From positions 287,973 to 351,972 of the forward strand of contig CAWJTV010000013.1 in NCBI GenBank assembly GCA_963845755.1: a stretch of 64,000 bases of DNA, given 5' to 3'. The stretch comes from an uncultured Planctomycetota bacterium (GTDB taxonomy: Bacteria; Planctomycetota; Planctomycetia; Isosphaerales; Isosphaeraceae). Below the pieces are notes generated by a model. It saw only the letters and a list, made by a program, of their open reading frames with translations. It did not search any database and was not told where the DNA came from. A program made the translations under genes and the position numbers. Shown in pieces: positions 10,404 through 21,502 of the stretch (positions are counted from its first letter, which is position 1; every line of letters begins with the position of its first letter).

Positions 10404-12551
10404 ATGTGGAAGCGTGACAATAGCCGCCACAACACGGTCAAGCCATGGATTCCCAGGTCCTCGGTCCGATCCTCCCGACAGGAGAGGGGGCGCCGGCTGC
10501 GAGTCGAGCTCCTGGAGCCGAGGTTAGCGTTGAGCACATACTATGTCTCTACGACCGGGAACGACGACAACGACGGCTCGAAGTCCAGCCCCTTCGCGAC
10601 CATGCAGCACGCCATGATTGCGCTTGAGCCGGGTGACACATTAGATGTCGAGTCCGGTTCCTATCCGGGCTTCATCGCCGGTTGGGATTCCACCCCGGCC
10701 AGTTCGGGAGATCCCTACGGCTACATCGACGGTACGGCCGGCAACCCGATCACCATCCAGGCCGATCCCAGCGCACCCGCTGGCTCGGTCATCATCGACT
10801 CGAGCAACGATCAGACAGCCGTCGGCATCGACCTGGAGCCCGGATGTAATTATATCAATTTGTCAGGCTTCACGATCGAGGACGGCGACGGCAGCATCAC
10901 CCGGGCCGGGATGAAGGTGACCGGGAACGATGATGGCATCCTCGGTAACACCGTTTCCGGAGTCGGCGGATTCGGCATTCTCGTCAACAACGCGAACAAC
11001 GTGCTCATCCAGGGCAACACGGTTTCCGGCACGACCGGGAGCGGTGGTACGGGCCATGGGATGTACATCTCCGGCAGCACCAACGGTGCCGTGGTCGAAG
11101 ACAACTATATTTATAATAATGATTATATCGGAATTCACATCAACGGGGATGTGAGCGAGGGAGGTCTGGGGCTGGTCACTAATGCCCTCATCGAGGACAA
11201 CGTGATCTATGGCAACGGCCAGAATGGCATCAACGCCGACGGCCTTCAGAGCTCGGTCATACAGAACAACCTGATCTATGACTATCAGGACTTCGGCATC
11301 TGCCTCTTCAAGCTCGACGCCTCGGCCGGCAGCTCGAACAACGTCATCGTGAACAACACCATCGATGCCGGGACGACGGGCGGCGCTGCCGCGGTTCGCA
11401 TCCTGGATGCGAGCACCGGCAACACCCTCCTCAACAACATCCTGCTCGGTGCCGGCGGGATCACGCTTCGCATCAGCAACGACAGTCTTAGCGGCCTGGT
11501 GAGCAACTACAATGTGGTCGGCTCCCTGGTCCAGTCGGAGGACACCGGCAACACCGAGTCCCTCGCCCAGTGGCAGAGCCAGACGGGACAGGATGCCAAC
11601 TCGCTGATCGCCACAGAATCGCAGCTCTTCGTCAACCCATCCGCGGGCAACTACCAGGAGTTACCTACCAGCCCGTCGATCGGGGCCGGGACATCGACCG
11701 ACGCCCCCTCGACCGATCTGGTCGGCACGGCGCGCCCGCAGGCCCAGGGTTACGACATTGGCTGTTACGAATATATTCCTCCCGCGCTGGTCCCGACGGC
11801 CGTGAAGGACAATGGCCAGGCAGGCTACTACCAATACGGCAAGTGGACGACCATGGCGGGGGGCTACGGGGGCACGTATGCGCTGGCCAACCCCAACACC
11901 TCCAGCACTGCCACCGCCTACTGGAATATGACGGTCGCGGCCGGCACCTATAGCATCTGGGCCACCTGGGTCAACTCGTCAGCCGATGCGTCGAACGCCG
12001 CGTATACGATCTATCACGGATTCACGAGTCTGGGCACGGTCCAGGTCGATCAGCAGCAGGCGCCGGTGGAGGCCGGGTATGGTGGTGTGCTGTGGTCCCA
12101 ACTCGGGACCTTTACCGTGACGAAGGGCACGATCACCGTCATCTTGAGCGCCTCGGGTGCCAACGGTGACATTATCGCCGATGGGATGCTGTTGGCAGCT
12201 ACCGGCACGGCCACGGTCGCACCGGGACCGGTCGCTCCCGGACCGACAGGTACGCCCTCGTCGACGACAGAAGTTCCGCTCGGACCGCCCATGCCGGCAC
12301 CCGGGCTTGACCAGGATCAGCAAAGCAGCTCCGGGACCCCGATTGTCGCGAGCGCCGGTGCTGTGGTTATCCGGCGCCGGCGGCACGATCGTGTCGCCCA
12401 CCACGATCGCGGACGACATCGCCATCGGAGAAGCGAGCGGGCGGGCGAGATCCGTCACACTGCGACTCTGATCGATCGCGCGATCGACAAGGTCATCGTC
12501 GGACGGCGGCCGGGCCAGGCCCTCCTCGTCGACCCCCTCGAAGAGGGTTGA
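10404..12551 (+). CDS. Secreted right-handed beta-helix protein with LEPR-xLL N-terminal motif and C-terminal beta-sandwich (golvesin/CBM-like) domain
   Basis: RRLRVELLEPRLALS; YYVSTTGND; N/G/I-rich PbH1-like repeats; SPSIGAG...YDIGCYEY; second domain ending ANGDIIADGMLL. Confidence 0.75.
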   Translation: MWKRDNSRHNTVKPWIPRSSVRSSRQERGRRLRVELLEPRLALSTYYVSTTGNDDNDGSKSSPFATMQHAMIALEPGDTLDVESGSYPGFIAGWDSTPASSGDPYGYIDGTAGNPITIQADPSAPAGSVIIDSSNDQTAVGIDLEPGCNYINLSGFTIEDGDGSITRAGMKVTGNDDGILGNTVSGVGGFGILVNNANNVLIQGNTVSGTTGSGGTGHGMYISGSTNGAVVEDNYIYNNDYIGIHINGDVSEGGLGLVTNALIEDNVIYGNGQNGINADGLQSSVIQNNLIYDYQDFGICLFKLDASAGSSNNVIVNNTIDAGTTGGAAAVRILDASTGNTLLNNILLGAGGITLRISNDSLSGLVSNYNVVGSLVQSEDTGNTESLAQWQSQTGQDANSLIATESQLFVNPSAGNYQELPTSPSIGAGTSTDAPSTDLVGTARPQAQGYDIGCYEYIPPALVPTAVKDNGQAGYYQYGKWTTMAGGYGGTYALANPNTSSTATAYWNMTVAAGTYSIWATWVNSSADASNAAYTIYHGFTSLGTVQVDQQQAPVEAGYGGVLWSQLGTFTVTKGTITVILSASGANGDIIADGMLLAATGTATVAPGPVAPGPTGTPSSTTEVPLGPPMPAPGLDQDQQSSSGTPIVASAGAVVIRRRRHDRVAHHDRGRHRHRRSERAGEIRHTATLIDRAIDKVIVGRRPGQALLVDPLEEG

Positions 12552-12759
12552 GCCGGTCGCAGGTTGATCGCTCGCCAGCGTGAGGCATGTTCAACTCGTC
12601 CTGGGGCACGGGGGTTGAATCCCACCCGGCCAGGATGTTCGAAAGGCGTCGCATCGCACCGACCCATCGACAGAGTTCATTCCGTACGATAGGATGATCG
12701 GCCGGATCCTTCACCGTGGAAGGCAGTATCCCTCCCGATCTCTCTGCGAGGTGCCCGCC

Positions 12760-13506
12760 ATGCGATCGAAAGCTGTTCAGCGGTTGCTTTGCTTCCTCGC
12801 CCTGATCCTCGGAGGCGCCCCTCACGCGTTCGCCGGCAGCCTGACCTACTCACATAGTGCTTCCGCCCTGCCCGACGCACCCGGACCCGCGATCACCTTA
12901 CTATCGATCACGGGCGAGAACGATGGGACCAATTTCAACTTCACCTTGACGTTCGCCAATCCCACGATCGAGGGACCCTCTTCTGGTAACAACGACGCGG
13001 TCTTCGGGTTTATCAACCTCGACACGGACAACAACTCCTCGACGGGCGTCACTGGTGCCTACCTGGACTCCAACGGCTATGAGCCGGGCTTCGGTCAGTA
13101 TACGCCGAGCTCCTACGGAATCGACGCTTATATCAACCTGAGCAGCGAGGGGAACCCTCTTCACGGCGTCCCGGGGCTCGTCGATGTTGTCTCGACCAAC
13201 GGCTTTGCTCCCATCGCCACAGTTCCGGTGACTTATACCAATCAAGCGGGATCGACTCCGTCCACGCTGACCCTATCCATCCCTCTTTCGGTTTTCTCGA
13301 GTAACGGCATTACGCTCCTGGACACCGGGAACTTCTCGGTAGTCGTGGGCAACGCCAATAATGCGACAGATTTCCTTCCTTCGAGCGACGCCGTTCCCGA
13401 GCCGAGTTCTGTGATCCTCCTGATGTTTGGGGTGTCGCTGAGCCTACTGTCCTCGGGACGTAGGAATCGGGCCGTCGCGGCGAGACCCAGCGTTCCGCTC
13501 AGGTAG
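12760..13506 (+). CDS. PEP-CTERM sorting domain protein
   Basis: Signal peptide ending AFA; C-terminal VPEPSS, hydrophobic helix, then RRNR. Confidence 0.85.
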   Translation: MRSKAVQRLLCFLALILGGAPHAFAGSLTYSHSASALPDAPGPAITLLSITGENDGTNFNFTLTFANPTIEGPSSGNNDAVFGFINLDTDNNSSTGVTGAYLDSNGYEPGFGQYTPSSYGIDAYINLSSEGNPLHGVPGLVDVVSTNGFAPIATVPVTYTNQAGSTPSTLTLSIPLSVFSSNGITLLDTGNFSVVVGNANNATDFLPSSDAVPEPSSVILLMFGVSLSLLSSGRRNRAVAARPSVPLR

Positions 13507-13709
13507 GGGGATTCTCGTCAGGAGATGGCCGGTTGGCGTTGAGGACGGATTGTATCGAGGCGGAGCCACGTTACGGCTTCGAGCCGCTTCCTGACGGGGA
13601 GGAGCAACCGTCTTGGCGGCAATTGCAGTCGATTGGCGAGCCGTCCTGGGAGATCCGCCGCTCTCCTCGAGGACTCCGAAGAAGCTCAGGAGGCGGTCCA
13701 GGCTGATCC

Positions 13710-14864
13710 ATGAATGTCGCTCATCTCGTCCTGTCACTCGACGTTGGTGGCCTGGAACGCAATGTGATCAACCAGGTGCGCGAAGGCCAGGCTCTCGGGC
13801 AGTCCGTCTCGGTCATTTGCCTCGAGAAGCCCGGAGTCCTGGCGGAGCAGGTTGATGCTTGGGGAGGCCGGTTAATCAGCCTGGACAAACCTCCCGGCAT
13901 TCATCTCTCTGCATTACAGCGGCTCAGGGCCATCCTCCAGGAACTCGAACCGGACATTATCCACACGCACCAGATCGGCACGCTTTTCTACGCCGGGCCC
14001 GCGGTTGCCAGCCTGGGGAGATCGCGGATAGGTGTGGTTCACACCGAGCACGGCCGGGAACCCTACGCGAAATCCGCACGGCGGCGCTGGTTGGGACGGT
14101 TAGCCGGCCTATACGCCCAGCGCTTCTTTTGCCTGACTCACGACATGGCCGCTGAGTTAGTCACCAATCGAATCGTGCCGAAGCGGAAGGTCCAGGTCAT
14201 CGACAACGGTATCGACATCGATCGATTGGGCGATCGAGGCGACCCGGTCTCCCTGCGCCGTTCTCTGGGGATACCTCACGATTCGATGGTGATTGGGAGT
14301 GTCGGTCGTCTCGTCGAAATCAAGCGACACGATGTGCTCATTCGCGCCTTCGGGGAACTGCGGCGTGAGATCCCCAGCGCTCATCTGGTCATCGTGGGAG
14401 ATGGGCCCTGCAGAGACGAACTCCTCAGCTTAGTCGGCCAACTCGATCTAGGGCCGAGCGTCCATCTCGTCGGTTATCAGCCCCAAGCCTGGAAGTTCCT
14501 GTACATCTTGGACTGTTTCGCCCTGTCGAGTCGCTCGGAGGGGATGCCTCAGGCGGTCCTTGAGGCCGCCATCGCCGGGCTGCCGATCGTCGCGACCAGC
14601 GTCGGTGGCTTGCCCGAAGTCATCGAGCATGGTCGGACGGGGATCCTTGTGGAACCGTGCGAACCGGAGGCCATGACCCAGGCCATCTTGTCAATTCTGC
14701 GAGACCCTGACACCGCACGCGCGATGGGCCGGGCGGTGCGAGAGCGAGTCGAGTCGAGGTTTCACGTTCGCCGGATGGCTCGAGTCTACCATCACCATTT
14801 CATTGAGATTCTGGGTTCTGATCGTCCAGCCGATCGACCCGTCTCGAACGAGTCTCCCCTATGA
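13710..14864 (+). CDS. Glycosyltransferase family 4
   Basis: LDVGGLER, HTEHG, IDNGID, VGRLVEIK, SSRSEGMPQAVLEA. Confidence 0.9.
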   Translation: MNVAHLVLSLDVGGLERNVINQVREGQALGQSVSVICLEKPGVLAEQVDAWGGRLISLDKPPGIHLSALQRLRAILQELEPDIIHTHQIGTLFYAGPAVASLGRSRIGVVHTEHGREPYAKSARRRWLGRLAGLYAQRFFCLTHDMAAELVTNRIVPKRKVQVIDNGIDIDRLGDRGDPVSLRRSLGIPHDSMVIGSVGRLVEIKRHDVLIRAFGELRREIPSAHLVIVGDGPCRDELLSLVGQLDLGPSVHLVGYQPQAWKFLYILDCFALSSRSEGMPQAVLEAAIAGLPIVATSVGGLPEVIEHGRTGILVEPCEPEAMTQAILSILRDPDTARAMGRAVRERVESRFHVRRMARVYHHHFIEILGSDRPADRPVSNESPL

Positions 14865-16079
14865 AGCTACTCTTTATTTCCACCGTATTTCCGAATGCAA
14901 TCGACGCATCGCGCAGGCTGTTTCAACGACTCGCTCGTCAAGGCCCTGGCGAAGGAGCACCGGGTCGATGTCGTCTCCCCGGTCCCCTGGGTGGACCTCG
15001 TTAAGGGCCTTCGAGAAGGGATCTGTCTCCCCCTGTACCGGCCCATCGCGAATCCCGCGGGCTTCGGCGTCCGTTATGTGCCCTTCCTCTACACGCCAAA
15101 AACCCTGCGCCGTTGGTACGGCGACTTCTACTGGACCTCGATCGCTGGGACGGTTCGGTCCGTGATCCGCACGTGTCGGCCGGAATTGATCATCGCCTAC
15201 TGGGCGCATCCGGACGGCGAGGCCGCGGTCAGGATCGGTCGCTTGGCCGGGGCGCCGTCGTGTGTGATCATCGGCGGATCGGACGTCCTGCTCTTGACCC
15301 GCAAGCCGAGCCGGCGACGCAGGGTCCGGAAGGTGTTGGAAACCACGGACGCGGTCATCACGGTGAACGAAGACCTCAAGGACGCCGTCGTGAGTCTGGG
15401 GATCCGCCCCGACAAGGTCCATGTCTGGAGCCAGGGGATCGACATGGGACAGTTTCACCCGGGAAACAAACAGCTTGCGCGGCGCCAGATCGGGATCCCG
15501 ATCCCAGGCCGTGTCATCGTCTGGGTGGGACTGATGGTTGCTGTCAAGGGGCTCGATATCCTCCTTGAATCGTGCGAGAATCTGCGGGCCCGTGGCGTTG
15601 ACTATCACCTCTACCTCGTCGGATATGGGCCATTGTGTAAGGAGTTGATGGCCCGATCCGAGGCCCGCGGGCTGTCCACATATGTCACGTTCGTTGGCCC
15701 CAAAACTCACGACGAACTGCCCGATTGGTACCGTGCGGCCGACTTGACCGTGTTGCCGAGTCGGTCCGAAGGGTTGCCGAACGTCCTCAGGGAGTCGCTG
15801 GCTTGCGGCACCCCATTTGTTGCCTCCGATGTCGGGGGAATCCGCGAGATCGCCGATCGAAGTTCCAGCCTGCTCGTCTCGAGCGAGGACCCCGCCTCGC
15901 TGGCCGATGCGATCGCACAAGGCTTGGACCGTTGGGATGGGGATAGATCGCTCGCCCGGCCGATGATCAAGAGCTGGGAGGAGTCCGCGAGTACCCTGGT
16001 CAACATCATGAAACCCTATGTCGGTTCCCGCGCTCTCGGCGATTGCTGTCACGTCGCCCATCCCGCGGCCGTTCAATGA
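14861..16079 (+). CDS. Glycosyltransferase family 4 (frameshift near 14912)
   Basis: ATG 14861 MKLLFISTVFPN joins ORF 14895-16079 (GGSDV, KGLDIL, PSRSEGLPNVLRESLACG) if one base is removed. Confidence 0.85.
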
Positions 16080-16420
16080 ATGAGCGAATGGAACCCAAGA
16101 ACTTCGATCAACGAGAGCAGGCCGCCTCTCCGGGTTCGTTTCCCTCTGCCGCGGGATACGGTCGCATCCGCGTCACAACGAAGATTCTGGATTGAGGCGG
16201 TTGCATCAACGGGCCTGAGATGACGGACGGTCCGGTGCGCTTTCCCTGCGACGGTTTCCCATGGCTGAGGCTCGCGATGTCGCAGGACGCTCCCGGTACC
16301 ACCCAATCAGGCGCGACGAGAGGAGCTGGTGAATTGAACTCTTCAGCTCAACATTCCTTACTCGCGAGGGACGGAAGGCTTACGGAACACCGTGGTCGTG
16401 ATGTCCGAGATCGCGGTGCA

Positions 16421-17392
16421 TTGAATGTATTCATAACAATCGACACCGAGTTCTCGCCCCTGTTCCCCGACGGTCGCCAGCGCGGATTCGAGCAAGAAAT
16501 GGCGCGCGAAATCGATGGGGTTACGGCGGACGGCAGGTTCGGCCTGTCGTATCAGTTGGACGTACTCGACAGGTACGGCCTGAGGGCGGTCTTCTTCGTC
16601 GAGTCCCTATTCGCTTCGGTTGTCGGCCTCGATCCGCTGCGCCGAATCGTCGGGTTGATCCAGGATCGAGGCCATGAGGTTCAGCTCCATTTGCACCCCG
16701 AATGGGTCTCGTGGATGTCTTCCCCAATCCTCACGGTCGGGGACCGCCATTACCTCCGGGACTACAGTGAAGACGAGCAGACATTGCTCATCGCTCACGG
16801 CCTCGAGAACCTCCGCGCCTGCGGAGTTCGCGTCCCGTGCGCCTTCCGCGCCGGAAAATATGGCGCGAATTTCGATACCCTCGGCGCGCTCGCCCGAAAT
16901 GGGATCCCCTACGACTCGAGTCATAATACCTGCTATTTGGGTTATTCTTGTGATATGGATACCGGAGGATTTTTATTGCAACCCAGGGTAATCAAGGGGA
17001 TCTATGAGTTCCCGATCACCTTCTTCCGCGACTGGCCCGGGCACTACCGGCACCTGCAGCTCTGCGCCTGCTCCATTCACGAGCTGAACAACGCACTGAT
17101 GATGGCATGGAATATGAATTGGTATTCGGTCGTAATCGTCTCGCACAGCTTCGAGCTGATCAAACATCGGAAGCAAACCAGGAAGGCCGCCTCGGTCAAC
17201 CGGATCCTGGTCCGGCGCTTCGATCGACTCTGCCGTTTCCTCGCCGGCAATCGGGATCGGTTCCAGACGGCGGTGTTCTCGGAAATCTCGACGGAATCGA
17301 TCCCCAGGACGGAATTCTCCCAGCCGCTCCACTCGGGTCTGCACTACACGATCCATCGATATTACGAGCAGGCACTCCGGAGAATCATGTGA
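16421..17392 (+). CDS. Polysaccharide deacetylase-like protein
   Basis: VFITIDTE, AVFFVE, GHEVQLHLHP, AFRAG, YDSS; start uncertain, ORF extends to 16220. Confidence 0.75.
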   Translation: MNVFITIDTEFSPLFPDGRQRGFEQEMAREIDGVTADGRFGLSYQLDVLDRYGLRAVFFVESLFASVVGLDPLRRIVGLIQDRGHEVQLHLHPEWVSWMSSPILTVGDRHYLRDYSEDEQTLLIAHGLENLRACGVRVPCAFRAGKYGANFDTLGALARNGIPYDSSHNTCYLGYSCDMDTGGFLLQPRVIKGIYEFPITFFRDWPGHYRHLQLCACSIHELNNALMMAWNMNWYSVVIVSHSFELIKHRKQTRKAASVNRILVRRFDRLCRFLAGNRDRFQTAVFSEISTESIPRTEFSQPLHSGLHYTIHRYYEQALRRIM

Positions 17393-17541
17393 TAGAATTG
17401 TGGGCATTTATTCATATGGCGAGTGTGGCCTGATTCGTGGGGATTCGCGGTCCAGGGGCGGCTCGCCTACCGAAGCCACTACCCCGGGGTTCGGCGATCA
17501 CTCGGTTAACCGGAGGCGGCATATCTCGTGCCGGATTCTCG

Positions 17542-18618
17542 ATGAGGCTCGTCGCCGTCGTCGGCGCGCGTCCCAATTTCATGAAGATCGCCCCCTTGTT
17601 ATGGGAGATCCACCGTCGCCCGAACATCAGCGCTTACTTGGTCCACACGGGGCAGCACTATGATCGGGAAATGTTGACGCTCTTTTTCGACCAGTTGCAC
17701 ATACCACGCCCGGACATCAATCTGGAAGTGGGATCGGGCTCTCATGCATTCCAGACCGCGGAAGTGATGAAGCGGTTCGAGCCGATCGTCAAGGAACAGT
17801 CCCCGGATGCGGTCGTCGTCGTCGGGGACGTGAACTCGACTTTGGCTTGCGCCCTGACGTCTGTCAAACTCGGCATACCGGTGGCCCACGTGGAGTCGGG
17901 ACTACGCAGCTTCGACCGGTCCATGCCCGAGGAGATCAACCGCGTCTTGACCGACGCGATCAGCCGATGGTTGTTCGTGACCGAACGAAGCGGCCAGATC
18001 AACCTGAAGAACGAGGGGATCCCCGATGAGCGGATCTTCTTCGTCGGCAACGTCATGATCGATACGCTCCTGGCCTGCCGGGAACGCAGTGACGAGTCCC
18101 CGATATTGGAGCGGCTGGGTTTGTCGGGAGGGGGTTATGCCGTCCTGACGCTGCACCGGCCATCGAATGTGGATGATCCTCTCGTGCTCGACGGCTTGTT
18201 GACCGCCGTCGAACGACTCCAACGGGAGGTACCGGTTGTCTTCCCCGTCCACCCGCGGACCCGGAAGGCCCTGGGCAGCCTGGTCGGAAAACCGATGCCC
18301 CGGCTCCTGTTGATCGACCCATTAGGATATCTCGACTTCGTTAAACTTGTGGCACATTCTCGTCTGGTCTTGACCGACTCCGGGGGCCTCCAAGAAGAGA
18401 CCACCGTATTGGGGGTCCCGTGCCTGACGCTGCGGACCACGACCGAGCGGCCGGCGACGGTGGAGCAGGGGACGAACGTGCTCGTGGGACTGGACCCGGC
18501 CGCGATCATTTCTTGTGGAATCCGTGCACTGACAACCGCACCCAAGCCGGACCGGCTCCCGGAATTCTGGGACGGCCGCGCGGCTGAGCGGATCATCGAT
18601 ATCCTGGCTCCTCGATGA
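17542..18618 (+). CDS. wecB: UDP-N-acetylglucosamine 2-epimerase (non-hydrolysing)
   Basis: VGARPNFMK, HTGQHYD, GDVNST, HVESGLRS, PEEINR, TLHRPSNVD, TDSGGLQEE. Confidence 0.92.
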   Translation: MRLVAVVGARPNFMKIAPLLWEIHRRPNISAYLVHTGQHYDREMLTLFFDQLHIPRPDINLEVGSGSHAFQTAEVMKRFEPIVKEQSPDAVVVVGDVNSTLACALTSVKLGIPVAHVESGLRSFDRSMPEEINRVLTDAISRWLFVTERSGQINLKNEGIPDERIFFVGNVMIDTLLACRERSDESPILERLGLSGGGYAVLTLHRPSNVDDPLVLDGLLTAVERLQREVPVVFPVHPRTRKALGSLVGKPMPRLLLIDPLGYLDFVKLVAHSRLVLTDSGGLQEETTVLGVPCLTLRTTTERPATVEQGTNVLVGLDPAAIISCGIRALTTAPKPDRLPEFWDGRAAERIIDILAPR

Positions 18619-18861
18619 ATCCACGATCTGGAGCGCGCATTCGGGCCGCCGCCGGCGGCGAGCTCTTGCCGATGATCGGCTTCCCCTCATCACGACTGAT
18701 ACGGTCGCCCCGAGCTCATCGCAGCGCCGACCTGGCGCATCGGTCCTCATTGCGTCGGTCAGACAAGTCGCCGATCGGTTTTTCGTCCTGCGGCGTCATC
18801 CATCACAACCTGCCCAATGGTAACCTGCGCCTCAACCTTCACATCGAGAGAGCAACCCGGA

Positions 18862-20046
18862 ATGCAACAGACGATCCTCTACTTTGGGAACGATTGGTCG
18901 GCCGATAATCGGACCTCCAGCCACCATATCGCGCGTTGGCTGGCGCGACGCCATCGGGTCTATTATGTCGAATGTCCGGGCTTGCGGGCCCCGAAGCGGT
19001 CCGGGCGGGATGCGAGGAAGGTGTGGTCGAAGCTGTGGCGGTTCCTGCGGGGGGTGAGGCCCACGCCGCAGGGGGTGATGGTCCGGACGCTGCTCCAGAT
19101 CCCTCTCCACCGCTTCGCGGTCATGCGTTGGTTCAATCGTCTCTTGATCACGGTGACACTTCGCCACATGATGTGGCGGGAGAACATCCGCCAGCCCATC
19201 ACCTGGTTCATGGTGCCCCATCTCTCCAACGTCGTCGGGCGACTGGGAGAGCGATTGTCGGTCTACTACTGCATCGATGATTATGCGACGCTGCCCGACG
19301 TCGATCACGACGCAGTGCGCGCCATGGACGAGGAGCTGACAAGCAAGGCCGACCTGGTTTTCGTCTCGGCCGAGAGCCTGCTGGAGCGGAAGCGGCCTCT
19401 CAACGAGCAGACCTATTTCAGCCCGCATGGGGTCGATTTCGACCTGTTTTCCCGCGCCCAAGACGACCGAACGGTCGTGCCCGCCGACACGGTCGGGATC
19501 GGTCGGCCTGTTGTCGGTTTCTTCGGTCTGATCGAGCGCTGGATCGACCTGGAATTGATCGATTACCTGGCCGAGAAGCGTCCCGATTGGAGCTTCCTCA
19601 TGATCGGCCGAGTGGCGGTACCCTCAGACCAACTCCCCTCGCGGCCGAACATCCATTGGATCGGGCAACGGTCCTACGAGAGCCTTCCGGCCTACGGCAA
19701 GCAATTCGACGCCGCGATCATCCCGTTCCAGCTCACGCCGGTCATCCTTCACGCCAACCCGCTCAAGCTCCGCGAGTACCTGGCGATGGGCAAGCCGATC
19801 GTTTCGGTCAGGACGCCGGAGATCGAGAAATACGCCGACGTCGTCAAGATCTGCGACTCGCGCGAGGGATTCCTCGCCGGACTCGACACGGTGCTGGCTC
19901 GCCCGGACGGCGTCGAGGAGGTCGCGCGACGAATGGAGCGGGTGCGGCCGGAAGGCTGGGATGCTCGTTTGCACGAAGTCTTCAGGGTCGTCGAGGGCCA
20001 TAACGACGACCGCGCCCACCGAGCCGTGGCCGAATACGCAGTCTAA
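18862..20046 (+). CDS. Glycosyltransferase (GT-B fold)
   Basis: VYYCIDD, PHGVDF, VGFFGLI, NPLKLREYLAMGKPIV. Confidence 0.85.
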   Translation: MQQTILYFGNDWSADNRTSSHHIARWLARRHRVYYVECPGLRAPKRSGRDARKVWSKLWRFLRGVRPTPQGVMVRTLLQIPLHRFAVMRWFNRLLITVTLRHMMWRENIRQPITWFMVPHLSNVVGRLGERLSVYYCIDDYATLPDVDHDAVRAMDEELTSKADLVFVSAESLLERKRPLNEQTYFSPHGVDFDLFSRAQDDRTVVPADTVGIGRPVVGFFGLIERWIDLELIDYLAEKRPDWSFLMIGRVAVPSDQLPSRPNIHWIGQRSYESLPAYGKQFDAAIIPFQLTPVILHANPLKLREYLAMGKPIVSVRTPEIEKYADVVKICDSREGFLAGLDTVLARPDGVEEVARRMERVRPEGWDARLHEVFRVVEGHNDDRAHRAVAEYAV

Positions 20047-20182
20047 GTCCAATACCGTACTCTAAACGTCCGCCGTCGCGCGACGGCCCATATCATGAAT
20101 GTCGTTGTACATCTACAGGTGTTATGAAGTTGTTTCCTGCCTGTGCAGAAGGCCTTCACCATCACGAGCGAGCTGAGGTATC

Positions 20183-21200
20183 ATGACAAGCCAGGTTTTC
20201 CTCCGCAAAGCCGACGTCGCCAACCCGCTGAGCACCGTGCGCGAACTCCTGAATGAATGTCGCTTCAGGGAGCTGATCGCCGGTGGAGCACGAGTCGTCA
20301 TCAAGCCCAACCTCTGCACGGAGCGACTCGAGCAGCTCCACACCGCCAACACCTCGATCGGGGTCTTGCGTGCGGTCTGCGAAGTGGTGCGGGAGCAAAC
20401 CGCGCGGATCACGATCGTCGAGTCGGACGGGGCGCCGCTACCCGGCCGAGGCAGCCTTCGAAAACAATGGGGTCTATGCTTTGGCCGAGGAGTTGGGCCT
20501 GAAGGTCGTGAACCTCTCCAAGGATGAGCTGGTCGAGATTCCCGACCCGCGGCTCAAGGGGTTCGGCATGGCGCGGACCTGGCTGGAGGCCGACGCATTC
20601 GTGACCCTCCCCGTGCTCAAGACCCACGCGACGACCGTATTTACCGGCTGCTTGAAGAACCAATGGGGCTGCATCCCCCGGTACGATCGCATCCTGCTAC
20701 ACAAGTACCTGCACGAGTTGATCGGCCAGATCAACGCAATCCGACCTGTCACCCTGGCCCTGATGGACGGCCTCGTCGGGATGCAGGGCCGTGGCCCGAT
20801 CAACGGCTATCCGATCAACCTGGGTGTCCTTCTCGCCAGTCGAGACCCCGTCGCCCTGGACGCCACGGCCATGCGCCTCATCGGGCTGGAGCCGGCGACG
20901 AGCCGACACGTCGTCCATGCCGAGCGGATCGGCCTTGGGTGCTACTGCGAGACACAGATTGCTGTGGACGGGCCGTTCGCCGAGCTGCGAACGACCGTCG
21001 AGCCCGCGGTCGAGGACTGGGCGATCAAGCTCATGAACCAGGTCGCTCGGTCTCCCTTCATCACCAAGCACTTGCTGCTCAACGACCACGTCTTCTATCC
21101 GGTTCGACGCGCGGTCGGGCTCTGCGCCATCTCGCAGGCCGCCATCGCACTTTCAAGAATCCGGCCGCTTACGGAACACTACCCAAATAGGACATCATGA
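20183..21200 (+). CDS. DUF362 domain protein (frameshift near 20430)
   Basis: VVIKPNL (ORF 20183-20527); LPVLKTH, TGCLKN, DGLVGMQGRGP, DPVALD (ORF 20283-21200). Confidence 0.8.
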
Positions 21201-21502
21201 TCGGCTCGATTGGGGGCAGCGAAGTACCCGGCACTCAAGGGAGATTGCTCTTTTGCTAAGGTCTTCATCGACGTATTTTTGAGGCAGCTCGCCGGGGTGT
21301 CGAACCGATCGTCCGGCAATCCGCGACGTCCGTCGAATTATATCGAGATGCGCCGTCAAAGCGCGGGTCCTCCGAAGAATGGTCGGCGACGAGTGCCGTC
21401 CTGGCGACGATCTGCCGACGGGACTAACACCTTCGGGGGCGCCGAATTCCTCGGGAAACCTTCCGTGAACTTCCGGTACTCTCTCAGGCGCGAGTGGTTA
21501 CC

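Noticed and set aside
12596..12638. Hairpin containing GGGGGTTGAATCCC, resembling a tRNA T-arm
   Set aside because: No D-arm, anticodon arm or acceptor stem/CCA; more likely an intergenic palindrome
14874..16076. Long antisense ORFs (also 27231-28346, 36824-38260, 43680-44732, 49032-50357, 57110-58477)
   Set aside because: Shadow ORFs opposite well-supported genes, expected at high GC
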